Below are positions 8,058 through 16,698 of a stretch of DNA of 20,000 bases, one piece after another. Every line of letters starts with the position of its first letter. Position 1 is the first letter of the stretch. The notes beneath the pieces were generated by a model. That model worked only from the letters and a program-made list of their open reading frames with translations. It had not been told where the DNA came from and searched no databases. The translations under genes and the position numbers were made by a program. Location: IMG/VR virus record IMGVR_UViG_3300033146_001099, one strand, 5' to 3'. This stretch comes from an uncultured virus (IMG/VR IMGVR_UViG_3300033146_001099). Lineage: Duplodnaviria > Heunggongvirae > Uroviricota > Caudoviricetes.

Positions 8058-8608
8058 ACAGAAAAGAACGAATAGCAAAAATGCTAAGCCAAATGGACGG
8101 AGAGATGCTCGATAAGCTAGAGGAGGCCCTTAATATTGAGAGCGAAGAAGAAAAGGCCCCTCCTGCCAAAGTCCAAAAAAATCGTCGTCGTGGAAGAGGT
8201 CACAAACGCCGCAATCTAGCAGAAGAAACGACAAATCTGGAAGAGGTTGAGGCTCAAACACCTCGCCGTAATCGAAGATCAAACAAAAGAAGCCAACCGC
8301 GTCGTACAATTACTCAGGGGAAGCAAATGAGACCGACTCCCCTTAATACTACTGGTCGTCGGAAGAATAAGTTCGATGACTTTCTCGGCAACACTCGCCT
8401 GGATGCGTCAGAACAACAAGAGATGAAGGCGGCTGCTAAGTCCGATAAACAGAATAAGAAAAGATTACGATTTGATAAGCGTGCTCCGGCAATGGTTGAG
8501 GTTAAATGTAGAGCTTGCCATGAAGAAGATGTAATTGCTGCTGGATTGGCACCGGCAGACCCTAAGAGATATAAATGTAATGAATGTTCTGGGAGTGCAT
8601 GTGGATGA
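8054..8608 (+). CDS. Arg/Lys-rich protein with C-terminal zinc ribbon
   Basis: Arg-rich low-complexity middle region and CRAC...CNEC at the C-terminus. Confidence 0.7.
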   Translation: MNRKERIAKMLSQMDGEMLDKLEEALNIESEEEKAPPAKVQKNRRRGRGHKRRNLAEETTNLEEVEAQTPRRNRRSNKRSQPRRTITQGKQMRPTPLNTTGRRKNKFDDFLGNTRLDASEQQEMKAAAKSDKQNKKRLRFDKRAPAMVEVKCRACHEEDVIAAGLAPADPKRYKCNECSGSACG

Positions 8609-10062
8609 TATTGTCTGACCCCGCTGCGGAACGTGCTGTGCTGGCAGGAATTTGTCGTTATGGTTCCGAAGCATACTACGATATAGCTGATATGGTGAAC
8701 GATACAACCTTTACGGTTGATTCTAACAGCATAGTTTACTCTTGCGTCAAGAAGCTGATGGAAGAGGATGATAGTAGAAAAATTGATATAGCCTCAATAC
8801 TATCTGCGGCTAAAGAGCTGGGAGTCTCTGACTTCATTAATCAGAAGCAAGAAATAACCCATTTAAGTGCGATCTTTAAATTCCCTGTCCTACTAGACAA
8901 TGTGCGTAGGTTTGCGGCCAAGATTCGCAAGCTACAAATCGCTCATATGTGGTATGATCGGCTAGAAGAAACAAAGGATAAATACCTACAAGTTAAAGGC
9001 GATGAAACTATCTCCCATATCTTGGGGATTGCAGAGGAAGCTATTTTTGACTTCTCTTCTCTTCTTAATGATAGCGGTGATAGTCCTGAAAAGGTGTTTG
9101 AACATATTGAGGAGTACTTAGATGATCTAAGTGAAAATCCCGTTGATCAAATAGGAATACCTACAGGATTTACCAAGTACGACTTCGCTATTGGAGGCGG
9201 TCTTCGTCGTGGTACGGTTAACGTTATCGGGGCACGTCCCAAGGTAGGAAAGACTTTAATGGCAGAGAATATAGGAGTCTTTATTGCCCAGCAAGGTATC
9301 CCTGTTCTAGACTTAGACACTGAAATGATGAAGAAGGACCACCAGGACCGTGGTATGGCCATGCTATCCTACGATACTGACCACAAGACTACTATTAATG
9401 AGATGGAAACTGGACAATTCTCTACTCAGAAACTCAAGGCTCAAAAGCTTAGGGAGTTAGGTAAGAAGAATAAGGATATCCCGTACTACCATAAGAACGT
9501 GGGTGGTCGGGCCTTTGAAGATCAAATGTCTATTATGCGGCGTTGGATTGCCCGAACAGTTGGTCTTAACGATCAAGGCAAAGCTAACGACTGTGTGATT
9601 ATTTATGACTATCTTAAGCTGATGGACGCGGCAGAGATCAAGGGAGATATGAAGGAGTTTCAGGTGCTCGGGTTCATGATGACCACTCTCCACAACTTCG
9701 CCCTACGGTACGAGGTGCCCGTTTTAACATTCATCCAGTTGAACCGTGATGGAATTACAAAAGAGTCAACAGACACTGCCAGCGGCTCTGACCGAGTAAT
9801 CTGGTTGTGTTCTAACTTCACGATCTACAAGCAGAAGAGCGATGAAGAGATCGCTAAGGATGGAGAAGAGAATGGCAATCGCAAGATGGTGCCCGTGATT
9901 GCTAGGCATGGAGAAGGTCTTGAGGATGGTGACTATATCAACATTCTAATGAGAGGCAAATACGCTAAGCTAATCGAAGGCAAAACCGCTTACGAACTTA
10001 ATGACGGTGGATCATACAATGAATCAGGATTCGAGGATGACGAAGAAGACGTGGAGTTCTAA
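8605..10062 (+). CDS. dnaB: DnaB-like replicative helicase
   Basis: ATGA overlap gives start 8605 (MILSDPAAERAVLAGI). GIPTGF, Walker A GARPKVGKT, DTEM, IIYDYLKLM, QLNR and an acidic tail. Confidence 0.93.
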   Translation: MILSDPAAERAVLAGICRYGSEAYYDIADMVNDTTFTVDSNSIVYSCVKKLMEEDDSRKIDIASILSAAKELGVSDFINQKQEITHLSAIFKFPVLLDNVRRFAAKIRKLQIAHMWYDRLEETKDKYLQVKGDETISHILGIAEEAIFDFSSLLNDSGDSPEKVFEHIEEYLDDLSENPVDQIGIPTGFTKYDFAIGGGLRRGTVNVIGARPKVGKTLMAENIGVFIAQQGIPVLDLDTEMMKKDHQDRGMAMLSYDTDHKTTINEMETGQFSTQKLKAQKLRELGKKNKDIPYYHKNVGGRAFEDQMSIMRRWIARTVGLNDQGKANDCVIIYDYLKLMDAAEIKGDMKEFQVLGFMMTTLHNFALRYEVPVLTFIQLNRDGITKESTDTASGSDRVIWLCSNFTIYKQKSDEEIAKDGEENGNRKMVPVIARHGEGLEDGDYINILMRGKYAKLIEGKTAYELNDGGSYNESGFEDDEEDVEF

Positions 10063-11179
10063 GTACAAGGATCAAGCGAAGCTTAACGGTCTGACCGCAA
10101 CTGTTCTAGATAATATTGATGATATCTACGAGTACTTTGAGGTACGATACAAAACGGGAGAAAAACTTATCTTCTCCCCTTGCTTTATTCATGGCGGTGA
10201 TAATAAATCAGCCCTGAATTTATATTATAACGCCGACTACAGGACACACTACAAGTGTCGTACTCACCAGTGTGAAAACCACTTTGGTACATCCCTGCTC
10301 AGCATGGTGCGAGGCGGGCTATCCCATATTCGTTACGGCTGGACAGTCCCAGGTGATAACGAAGTATCTTTTGAAGACACAGTTGACTTTCTGCTTGAAC
10401 GTCTAGGTGTAACCTTCGCGGGACTTAAAGGAGAGACTCATAGGGCTGACCATCAAGACTTCTGTAGGCTAGTCAATACCTTACAAGAAACAACTTCTCT
10501 TAGTGGTATAGTTACTAGAGATTACTATAGAGAAAACGTAGAGATTCCCTCTCAATATTACTTACAGCGAGACTACTCAATAGAAGTGCTCGACGATTAT
10601 GATGTTGGTACTTGTACAACATATGGCAAGTCCATGTTTAATCGGGCAATGGTACCCATATACAGCGATGACGGTATACATATTGTAGGCTTTACCGGAC
10701 GCAGTATCTTTGAAGCGTGCAAGAAATGTGCATCTTACCACGATCCCAAGAAAAAATGCTATCATTTTCCCAAATGGAGGCACACAAAAGGCTTCGAAAA
10801 GGAAAAGTGCTTGTATAATTATTGGAAGGCGAAACCACACATTCTGGAGACGGGGGTGATTATCCTCGTAGAATCTCCTGGAAACGTGTGGCGTCTAGAA
10901 GAAGCTGGTATACATAACGCTGTTGCTTTATTTGGCACCATACTTAACGATCCGCAAAAATCTCTTATTGATGAATCCGGTGCTCTCTCTATTATTGTAC
11001 TGATGGACAACGACGACGCTGGTCAAAAGGCAGCAGAACGCATCACAGAACTATGTCAGAAAGCATATCGACTTTACTTTCCAGACTTTAGCGGTAATGA
11101 TATTGCAGAACTCAATACCGACTCTATAACTTCGGATATTTTACCCTGGATCAACCAAGCAAAGGAAACTTACAAATGA
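10037..11179 (+). CDS. dnaG: DnaG-like DNA primase (Zn-binding domain + TOPRIM)
   Basis: CFIH...CRTHQC zinc-binding domain, NRAMVPI...IVGFTGR, and TOPRIM LVESPGN...MDNDDAGQKAA. GAGG SD precedes ATG 10037. Confidence 0.9.
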   Translation: MTKKTWSSKYKDQAKLNGLTATVLDNIDDIYEYFEVRYKTGEKLIFSPCFIHGGDNKSALNLYYNADYRTHYKCRTHQCENHFGTSLLSMVRGGLSHIRYGWTVPGDNEVSFEDTVDFLLERLGVTFAGLKGETHRADHQDFCRLVNTLQETTSLSGIVTRDYYRENVEIPSQYYLQRDYSIEVLDDYDVGTCTTYGKSMFNRAMVPIYSDDGIHIVGFTGRSIFEACKKCASYHDPKKKCYHFPKWRHTKGFEKEKCLYNYWKAKPHILETGVIILVESPGNVWRLEEAGIHNAVALFGTILNDPQKSLIDESGALSIIVLMDNDDAGQKAAERITELCQKAYRLYFPDFSGNDIAELNTDSITSDILPWINQAKETYK

Positions 11180-11400
11180 GCGTTAAGCAGCATTCCGTGG
11201 ACTATCTCAGAAACAAGGCTAAGGCAGATCAATCAGCAGCTCAGCTATCGCTAGAACTACTAATGGACCAGTCTGCTGGTATTGGAGATCATTCTACAGG
11301 CGATTTTCATAAGAACTTAGATCAGGCTCTAGACTTGTTACTGGATGCCGAAGACCGTCTAGAACTCCTTGATAAGTATTACAATAAAGAAGGTGAATAA
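11176..11400 (+). CDS. Small helical hypothetical protein
   Basis: Coupled by ATGA and TAATG overlaps. Contains GIGDHS. Confidence 0.7.
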   Translation: MSVKQHSVDYLRNKAKADQSAAQLSLELLMDQSAGIGDHSTGDFHKNLDQALDLLLDAEDRLELLDKYYNKEGE

Positions 11401-12236
11401 TGACTCAGATCATCGGCTTTGCCGGAAAAAAACAGAGTGGCAAGAATACCAGTTGCAATTTCGTCATGATGATGAAGATGCGAGAGCGTGGTATTTCGAA
11501 GGCTATCAGGATTAACGAAAACACAGGAGAGCTAGAAGTACAGGAAGTATTTGACCAGAGCGTCCCTGGCATGGAGTGGTTCCCATTTCGTGAACCATAT
11601 GTTAATCTTGAGGGTGTCTACCAATCGGTAGGTCCGTTCTGTAAAATCTATGCCTTAGCCGATTCTCTTAAGGGGATAGCAATCAATGTTCTTGGCCTTC
11701 CAGAAGATAAGGTATATGGAACGGATGAGGACAAGCAGACTAAGACTCACTTGCTATGGGAGAATATGCCAGGGGTAATAACCCCGGAGATAGAGAGGGC
11801 CATCTTCAAACGAGCTCAGGGGAATATAGATCCAGCTCTATTAGGCTTGATTGTTCATGCCGCAGGCCAGATGACGATACGTGACGTACTCCAGCATATG
11901 GGCACTGAAATCTTTCGTAAGATGTATGAGACTGTATGGTTTGATACTATGATGCGTAGGATTGAAGAAGATAAACCAGAAATTGCCCTGGTCTGTGATG
12001 CTCGCTTTGACAATGAACTAATCCTGCTCAAAGAGAGCGGAGCCATAGTGATTGGGCTACGCAGAGATATCTTCCAATCCAAAGACACACACAGCAGTGA
12101 ACAGATCAACTTTGATCTATGTAGTACCGTTCTTGAGAATGGAGAGCTAACCATTGACGAGCAATGCGAAGCGATCTATGTCACACTTTGCGATTTTAAG
12201 TGTAAGAACATTCCTAAAATGATAGTGAGGGCCTAA
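11400..12236 (+). CDS. Deoxynucleoside monophosphate kinase (T4 gp1-like)
   Basis: IIGFAGKKQSGKNT P-loop, ALADSLK, RDVLQHMGTEIFRK, CDARFDNE, HSSE. Confidence 0.88.
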   Translation: MTQIIGFAGKKQSGKNTSCNFVMMMKMRERGISKAIRINENTGELEVQEVFDQSVPGMEWFPFREPYVNLEGVYQSVGPFCKIYALADSLKGIAINVLGLPEDKVYGTDEDKQTKTHLLWENMPGVITPEIERAIFKRAQGNIDPALLGLIVHAAGQMTIRDVLQHMGTEIFRKMYETVWFDTMMRRIEEDKPEIALVCDARFDNELILLKESGAIVIGLRRDIFQSKDTHSSEQINFDLCSTVLENGELTIDEQCEAIYVTLCDFKCKNIPKMIVRA

Positions 12237-14237
12237 ATGGGTATCCCTATAATCTTCTTTCGTAGCAGTTCGTTTAATTGCCACAGATTCTGTCCGATGC
12301 AATTTTATGCCGAGTATACATTAGGCATGAGGGGACCATCAAATAAGAAAGCAGATAAAGGGACTATCGTTCATAAAATACTGGAGATATGTGCTTTATG
12401 CAAAAAGGCTTTGCAAGATGATATCCCCGAGATAGAAGACGAGGAGATCGGGGCAGTACTCACTGATAACTATGACCCAGAATATATGTCCTCGATTGCT
12501 TCTAGGGTATATCACCACTATACCGCTGATCTGACACATCATAGCTGGGGTGAAAAAGACTTTAAGGATTGTGTTAACTGGACCTGGAAGGCTCTAAAGT
12601 ATAACGACGGAATGTTCGATCCACGTTACCGTAACGTGGTTGATGCCGAACCTCACTTCAACTTTGAGCTACCCTTCGATTGGGCCGAATATGATTATCC
12701 TGAGCAAGGACTCAAGGGAAAACTCGGACTCAAGGGTACAATTGACTTGATCACTGACCTGGGCGATGGCGTTTACGAAGTGGTCGATTGGAAGGGGTTG
12801 CCTACCGATACTCCTATTCCAACAATCGAGGGTTGGAAAACAATGGGAACATTGACAATAAATGATATTGTCTTCGATAAAGACGGTAATCAAACTAAGG
12901 TTGTTGGCAAGTCTAAAAAAAGCTACAAAGAATGTTATGAAATTGAATTTGATGATAAAACTAAAGCCATCTGTGATTATGAGCATCTATGGCTGCTAGA
13001 CAATGATGACGTGGTAGATGCTCCGAATTTAAAGGTTGGTGACAAGATTGACGTGGCAGGTCCACTCGATACTGACTACGTAGACTTACCTATAGATCCA
13101 TACGTGCTGGGTGCTTGGCTTGGCGATGGCCGAAACCGTAGTATGGAAATTACGTCTGGTGATAGCTTTATATTCAATGAAATAGAAGATCGAGGCTATC
13201 AGGCAGGAACAGATATTAATCACTCAACGTCAGATTGTCGTACTAGTACTATTTTGGCTCAAACCCATAATCTAAGAAAACTAAATCTGTTACATAACAA
13301 ACATATCCCCTTGGTATATCTGAGAGCTTCATACTCTCAAAGACTAGACTTGCTTAGAGGACTAATGGATACCGATGGCAATGTGAACAGCGTCAGGAAA
13401 CAAGCTGTGTTTACGACCTGTAATAAAAAGTTGTCGAATGATGTGAAAGAGCTACTACTGAGTCTTGGACAAAGGGTTAATCAATCTACGATAGTTAGAG
13501 ATACAAACTTTAAAAAGAACGTAACAGTTTATCCTCTAGCGTTTCGACCCCTAAACCTTAACCCGTTTTTAATGCCTAGAAAATCGGACAGGATTAATGC
13601 CGACTGGGGTCCAGGTCGATCAAATAAGCGTATGATTAAGAAAATAACCAAGTTAGCTACCAATCTAGAAACTCAATGCATTATGGTAGATAGCCCATCC
13701 AATACTTATCTTTGTACTAAAAATATGATCCCTACTCACAATACAGGCAGGCGGCTAGATTGGGCGACAGGTAAGACCAAGGATCAGGTAAAGCTATTTT
13801 CTGATCCCCAACTCAGACTTTACCACTATGCTGTTAAGCAGATGTATCCTCACGTACACAGCTTCCTCATTACTATATATTTTATTAACGATGGTGGAGC
13901 GTTCACTGTTCATTTTCAAGATTCAGACCTAGAAAAGACAGAAGCAATTATTAAGCGTCGGTTTGAAGCTATTCGAGATACCCAGCAGCCATTGCGAATC
14001 AAAGAGACTGACCCCAAGCAAACATGGAAATGTCACAAGCTATGTCATGCTGGCATGACTACGTTTGAGGACACTCATGTTCAGTCTATTGAACGCTATG
14101 GTAAGCCAATGAGCAAGTGCGATCAGATGAAACAGGTAATAGCTCAGAAGGGTATCGAGTGGGTTACTAAAAACTATGCCCACCCTGATCATAAGCATGG
14201 GTCATATGGAGAGGGTGGTGGGAAGGTGCAACCGTAA
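12237..14237 (+). CDS. Cas4/AddB-like PD-(D/E)xK exonuclease precursor containing an intein (about 350 aa after splicing)
   Basis: SSSFNCHRFCP, GTIVH, GTIDLI, VVDWK|TG split by the intein, QLRLY, and C-terminal CHKLC...C (likely Fe-S ligands). Confidence 0.88.
   Translation: MGIPIIFFRSSSFNCHRFCPMQFYAEYTLGMRGPSNKKADKGTIVHKILEICALCKKALQDDIPEIEDEEIGAVLTDNYDPEYMSSIASRVYHHYTADLTHHSWGEKDFKDCVNWTWKALKYNDGMFDPRYRNVVDAEPHFNFELPFDWAEYDYPEQGLKGKLGLKGTIDLITDLGDGVYEVVDWKGLPTDTPIPTIEGWKTMGTLTINDIVFDKDGNQTKVVGKSKKSYKECYEIEFDDKTKAICDYEHLWLLDNDDVVDAPNLKVGDKIDVAGPLDTDYVDLPIDPYVLGAWLGDGRNRSMEITSGDSFIFNEIEDRGYQAGTDINHSTSDCRTSTILAQTHNLRKLNLLHNKHIPLVYLRASYSQRLDLLRGLMDTDGNVNSVRKQAVFTTCNKKLSNDVKELLLSLGQRVNQSTIVRDTNFKKNVTVYPLAFRPLNLNPFLMPRKSDRINADWGPGRSNKRMIKKITKLATNLETQCIMVDSPSNTYLCTKNMIPTHNTGRRLDWATGKTKDQVKLFSDPQLRLYHYAVKQMYPHVHSFLITIYFINDGGAFTVHFQDSDLEKTEAIIKRRFEAIRDTQQPLRIKETDPKQTWKCHKLCHAGMTTFEDTHVQSIERYGKPMSKCDQMKQVIAQKGIEWVTKNYAHPDHKHGSYGEGGGKVQP
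12795..13742 (+). mobile_element. Intein (316 aa) with LAGLIDADG homing endonuclease in the nuclease DxK motif; class 3 signature, Gly1
   Basis: Starts GLPTDTPIPT after DWK and ends MIPTHN before Thr. Block B EHLW, block F ETQCIMV. PYVLGAWLGDG and LLRGLMDTDG. Confidence 0.92.
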
Positions 14238-14239
14238 AT

Positions 14240-14806
14240 ATGGATAAGCAAAGTGATAGGTGGTATGCCGAAACAGCAAGACATAATAAGCATTGGAATG
14301 ATAAAGAAAAGGTTTATTTAAAAAAGAACTACACTAAGCTTAGTATAGATGAGTTAATGGAAGATATGGGCCGTACCGCTCGCTCAATTCATATGGCAGC
14401 TTATAAGTTAGGGATCAGTCGTGAAAAAATCTTGGTGATAGATGGTACTAAGAAATGTTCAACATGCCTTAAAATTTTACCTATTGGTGAGTTTCATCTA
14501 TCTTCTAATAATAAAGTTACAGGACTACGTTCTGACTGTAAGGATTGCGTTCGAAATCAGACCTATCTTAGAAAATATGGTATAACTCTTAAACAATATG
14601 AATCTATGTTAAAAGATCAAAATCACAAATGTTATATTTGTAATAATAAAAGAAATGGAGAAATTGTATTTAATATCGATCATTGTCATACTACGGGCAA
14701 GATTCGTAAGATACTATGTAATGGCTGCAACCGAGCCTTGGGCTTTTTTTTAGATCGTTCTGACTGGATGCGAAGAGGTGCTAACTATGTGGAGGAATAT
14801 AGCTAA
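14240..14806 (+). CDS. Endonuclease VII-type His-Me (HNH) endonuclease, probable free-standing homing endonuclease
   Basis: RKYGIT..QY..ML..Q..KCYIC...IDHCHTTGKIRKILCNGCNRALG. N-terminal W...L..NY...GRT..SI HTH-like repeat and a CxxC...CxxC finger. Strongly AT-rich. Confidence 0.85.
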   Translation: MDKQSDRWYAETARHNKHWNDKEKVYLKKNYTKLSIDELMEDMGRTARSIHMAAYKLGISREKILVIDGTKKCSTCLKILPIGEFHLSSNNKVTGLRSDCKDCVRNQTYLRKYGITLKQYESMLKDQNHKCYICNNKRNGEIVFNIDHCHTTGKIRKILCNGCNRALGFFLDRSDWMRRGANYVEEYS

Positions 14807-16698
14807 TGAAAACATACATACCACTCCACTGCCACTCCGAGTACAGTCTATTAGATGGACTATCTAAATGTCAAGCTATAGTAGAGCGTACCCTGGCTAT
14901 TGGTGCCACGGCTTGTGCTCTAACAGATCACGGTAGCGTGTCTGGTGCTGTAGACTTTGCTGGCAAGATGAAAGAGAAAGGCTTGAAGCCTATCTTGGGC
15001 TCTGAGTTCTATGTATGTCGTGGTCTAGTAACGCAGAAAGATAAAGAAAATCGCCCGCTAGATCACCAAGTAATACTAGCTAAGAATCATCAAGGCTGGA
15101 AAGATTTACTAGGCCTTACTTCCTTCGCGAATAAAAAAGAACACAGCTACTATAAGCCGCGTCTTGATATTGACGCTATAGCTAAAGCTGGCAGTCAAAA
15201 AAACCTTATATCATTCAGCGGTCACTTAGGGTCTATCTTAGCCAATGCTATTACTGATGGAGATAGACTTGATCCCGACTGGATGAAAAAGGGTATTGCA
15301 TGTTCAAAGAACTTAGAGAACATATTCGGCAAAGGTAACTTCTTCATTGAGATTCAGCTTATTGACTCAAAGATAAATATCTTCGCAGGAGTAGTCGCTA
15401 AGGCTTTGAGACAGATCGCGGTCAAAACCGGCATTCCCTGTCTCGCTACACCCGACGCTCACTACTGCTCTAGAGACGACGCAGAGGATCAACAGGTGTT
15501 GCTCTGCACGAATTTTAAAAAGAGTATAGGGCAAGTACACCGAGAATTAAAACAGGGCACGGCAAACAACACCCTGGCTACATTTTTCAAGTCGAACAAC
15601 TATCACATCCCATCATATGAGGACATGATTGAGTTTCACACCGAAGCAGAGTTAGTGAACACACGAGTTGTTGAGGACATGTGCGAGAACTACAATATCT
15701 TACGTTCTCCTGATCCTCCCAAGTTTTCGTGTCCTAAAGGTATGGACCCAAATGAGTACTTGAGATATCTATGCCGCACAGGATGGGCAAGTAGAATGAG
15801 TCATATTGATAGTGACTCTGATAAATTTCCATCCTATGGAGAACGAATTAATCTTGAACTAGACATATTTACTAGTATAGGTTTATCTAGTTACTTCTTA
15901 ATTGTAGATGACATACTTAGATTTACACGCAGTCGTGGCTATCTTACTGGCCCTGGACGTGGATCGAGTGCTGGCTGTATGGTATCCTACTTGTTAGGAA
16001 TCACTCAGATCGAACCCATCAGATACAACCTTATCTTCGAACGATTCTATAATGCTGGACGTAATACGCCCGGCAAGATATCGTGGCCGGATATTGATTT
16101 CGATGTTCCTAAAGCTGCAAGGGATGAAATTGTCGAATACGTCCGCAATAAGTACGGAGCAGATAATGTAGCTCAGATTGTGACATTCCAAACCCTCAAG
16201 GGGCGGGCCTCACTTAAGCGAGTTATGAGTGCGAGAGGCAACATATCTTTCGATGAGCAGAACGCGATCACTAAGAACATTGTGGATGAGAGCAAGATCG
16301 CGGACGAGCTGGGCGACATCAAGGCCGAGTATGGTATCTCGTCCGTCATCCTCTGGGCTTTGGAAAATAACTCTGGCAAGCTTAAAGAGTGGTGTACAAT
16401 TGGAGAAGGAGGTAAGCTAGAAGGTCGTATGGCTAAAATTTTTGAACAAGCCATTAGGCTAGAGGGAACTAAGATTATCTCGGGTAAGCACGCTGCGGGC
16501 ATTGTTATTTCGGCCCAACCGATTAGTGAATCCTGTCCGATGGTCTTAGATAAACAGGGTCAATATCAACTGGCCGGATTTGAAGGGCCAAGTTGCGAGG
16601 ATGTTGGGCTACTTAAGCTGGACTGTCTCGGACTTTCTGCACTAGACAAACTTATGGACGCGGCCAAGATCGCGTCGGGAGAAGATGATGTCGACTAG
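14806..16698 (+). CDS. dnaE: DNA polymerase III alpha (DnaE) N-terminal subunit: PHP + palm + thumb only
   Basis: LHCHSEYSLLDG, TDHG, DAHY, GPGRGSSAG, FERF, PDIDFD, GKHAAG, LLKLDCLGL. Ends at 630 aa shortly after the KxD motif. Confidence 0.92.
   Translation: MKTYIPLHCHSEYSLLDGLSKCQAIVERTLAIGATACALTDHGSVSGAVDFAGKMKEKGLKPILGSEFYVCRGLVTQKDKENRPLDHQVILAKNHQGWKDLLGLTSFANKKEHSYYKPRLDIDAIAKAGSQKNLISFSGHLGSILANAITDGDRLDPDWMKKGIACSKNLENIFGKGNFFIEIQLIDSKINIFAGVVAKALRQIAVKTGIPCLATPDAHYCSRDDAEDQQVLLCTNFKKSIGQVHRELKQGTANNTLATFFKSNNYHIPSYEDMIEFHTEAELVNTRVVEDMCENYNILRSPDPPKFSCPKGMDPNEYLRYLCRTGWASRMSHIDSDSDKFPSYGERINLELDIFTSIGLSSYFLIVDDILRFTRSRGYLTGPGRGSSAGCMVSYLLGITQIEPIRYNLIFERFYNAGRNTPGKISWPDIDFDVPKAARDEIVEYVRNKYGADNVAQIVTFQTLKGRASLKRVMSARGNISFDEQNAITKNIVDESKIADELGDIKAEYGISSVILWALENNSGKLKEWCTIGEGGKLEGRMAKIFEQAIRLEGTKIISGKHAAGIVISAQPISESCPMVLDKQGQYQLAGFEGPSCEDVGLLKLDCLGLSALDKLMDAAKIASGEDDVD

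Noticed and set aside
12237..14237. CRISPR-Cas locus suggested by the Cas4-like nuclease
   Set aside because: No repeat-spacer array or other cas genes were seen. Stand-alone Cas4-like nucleases are common in phage replication modules.
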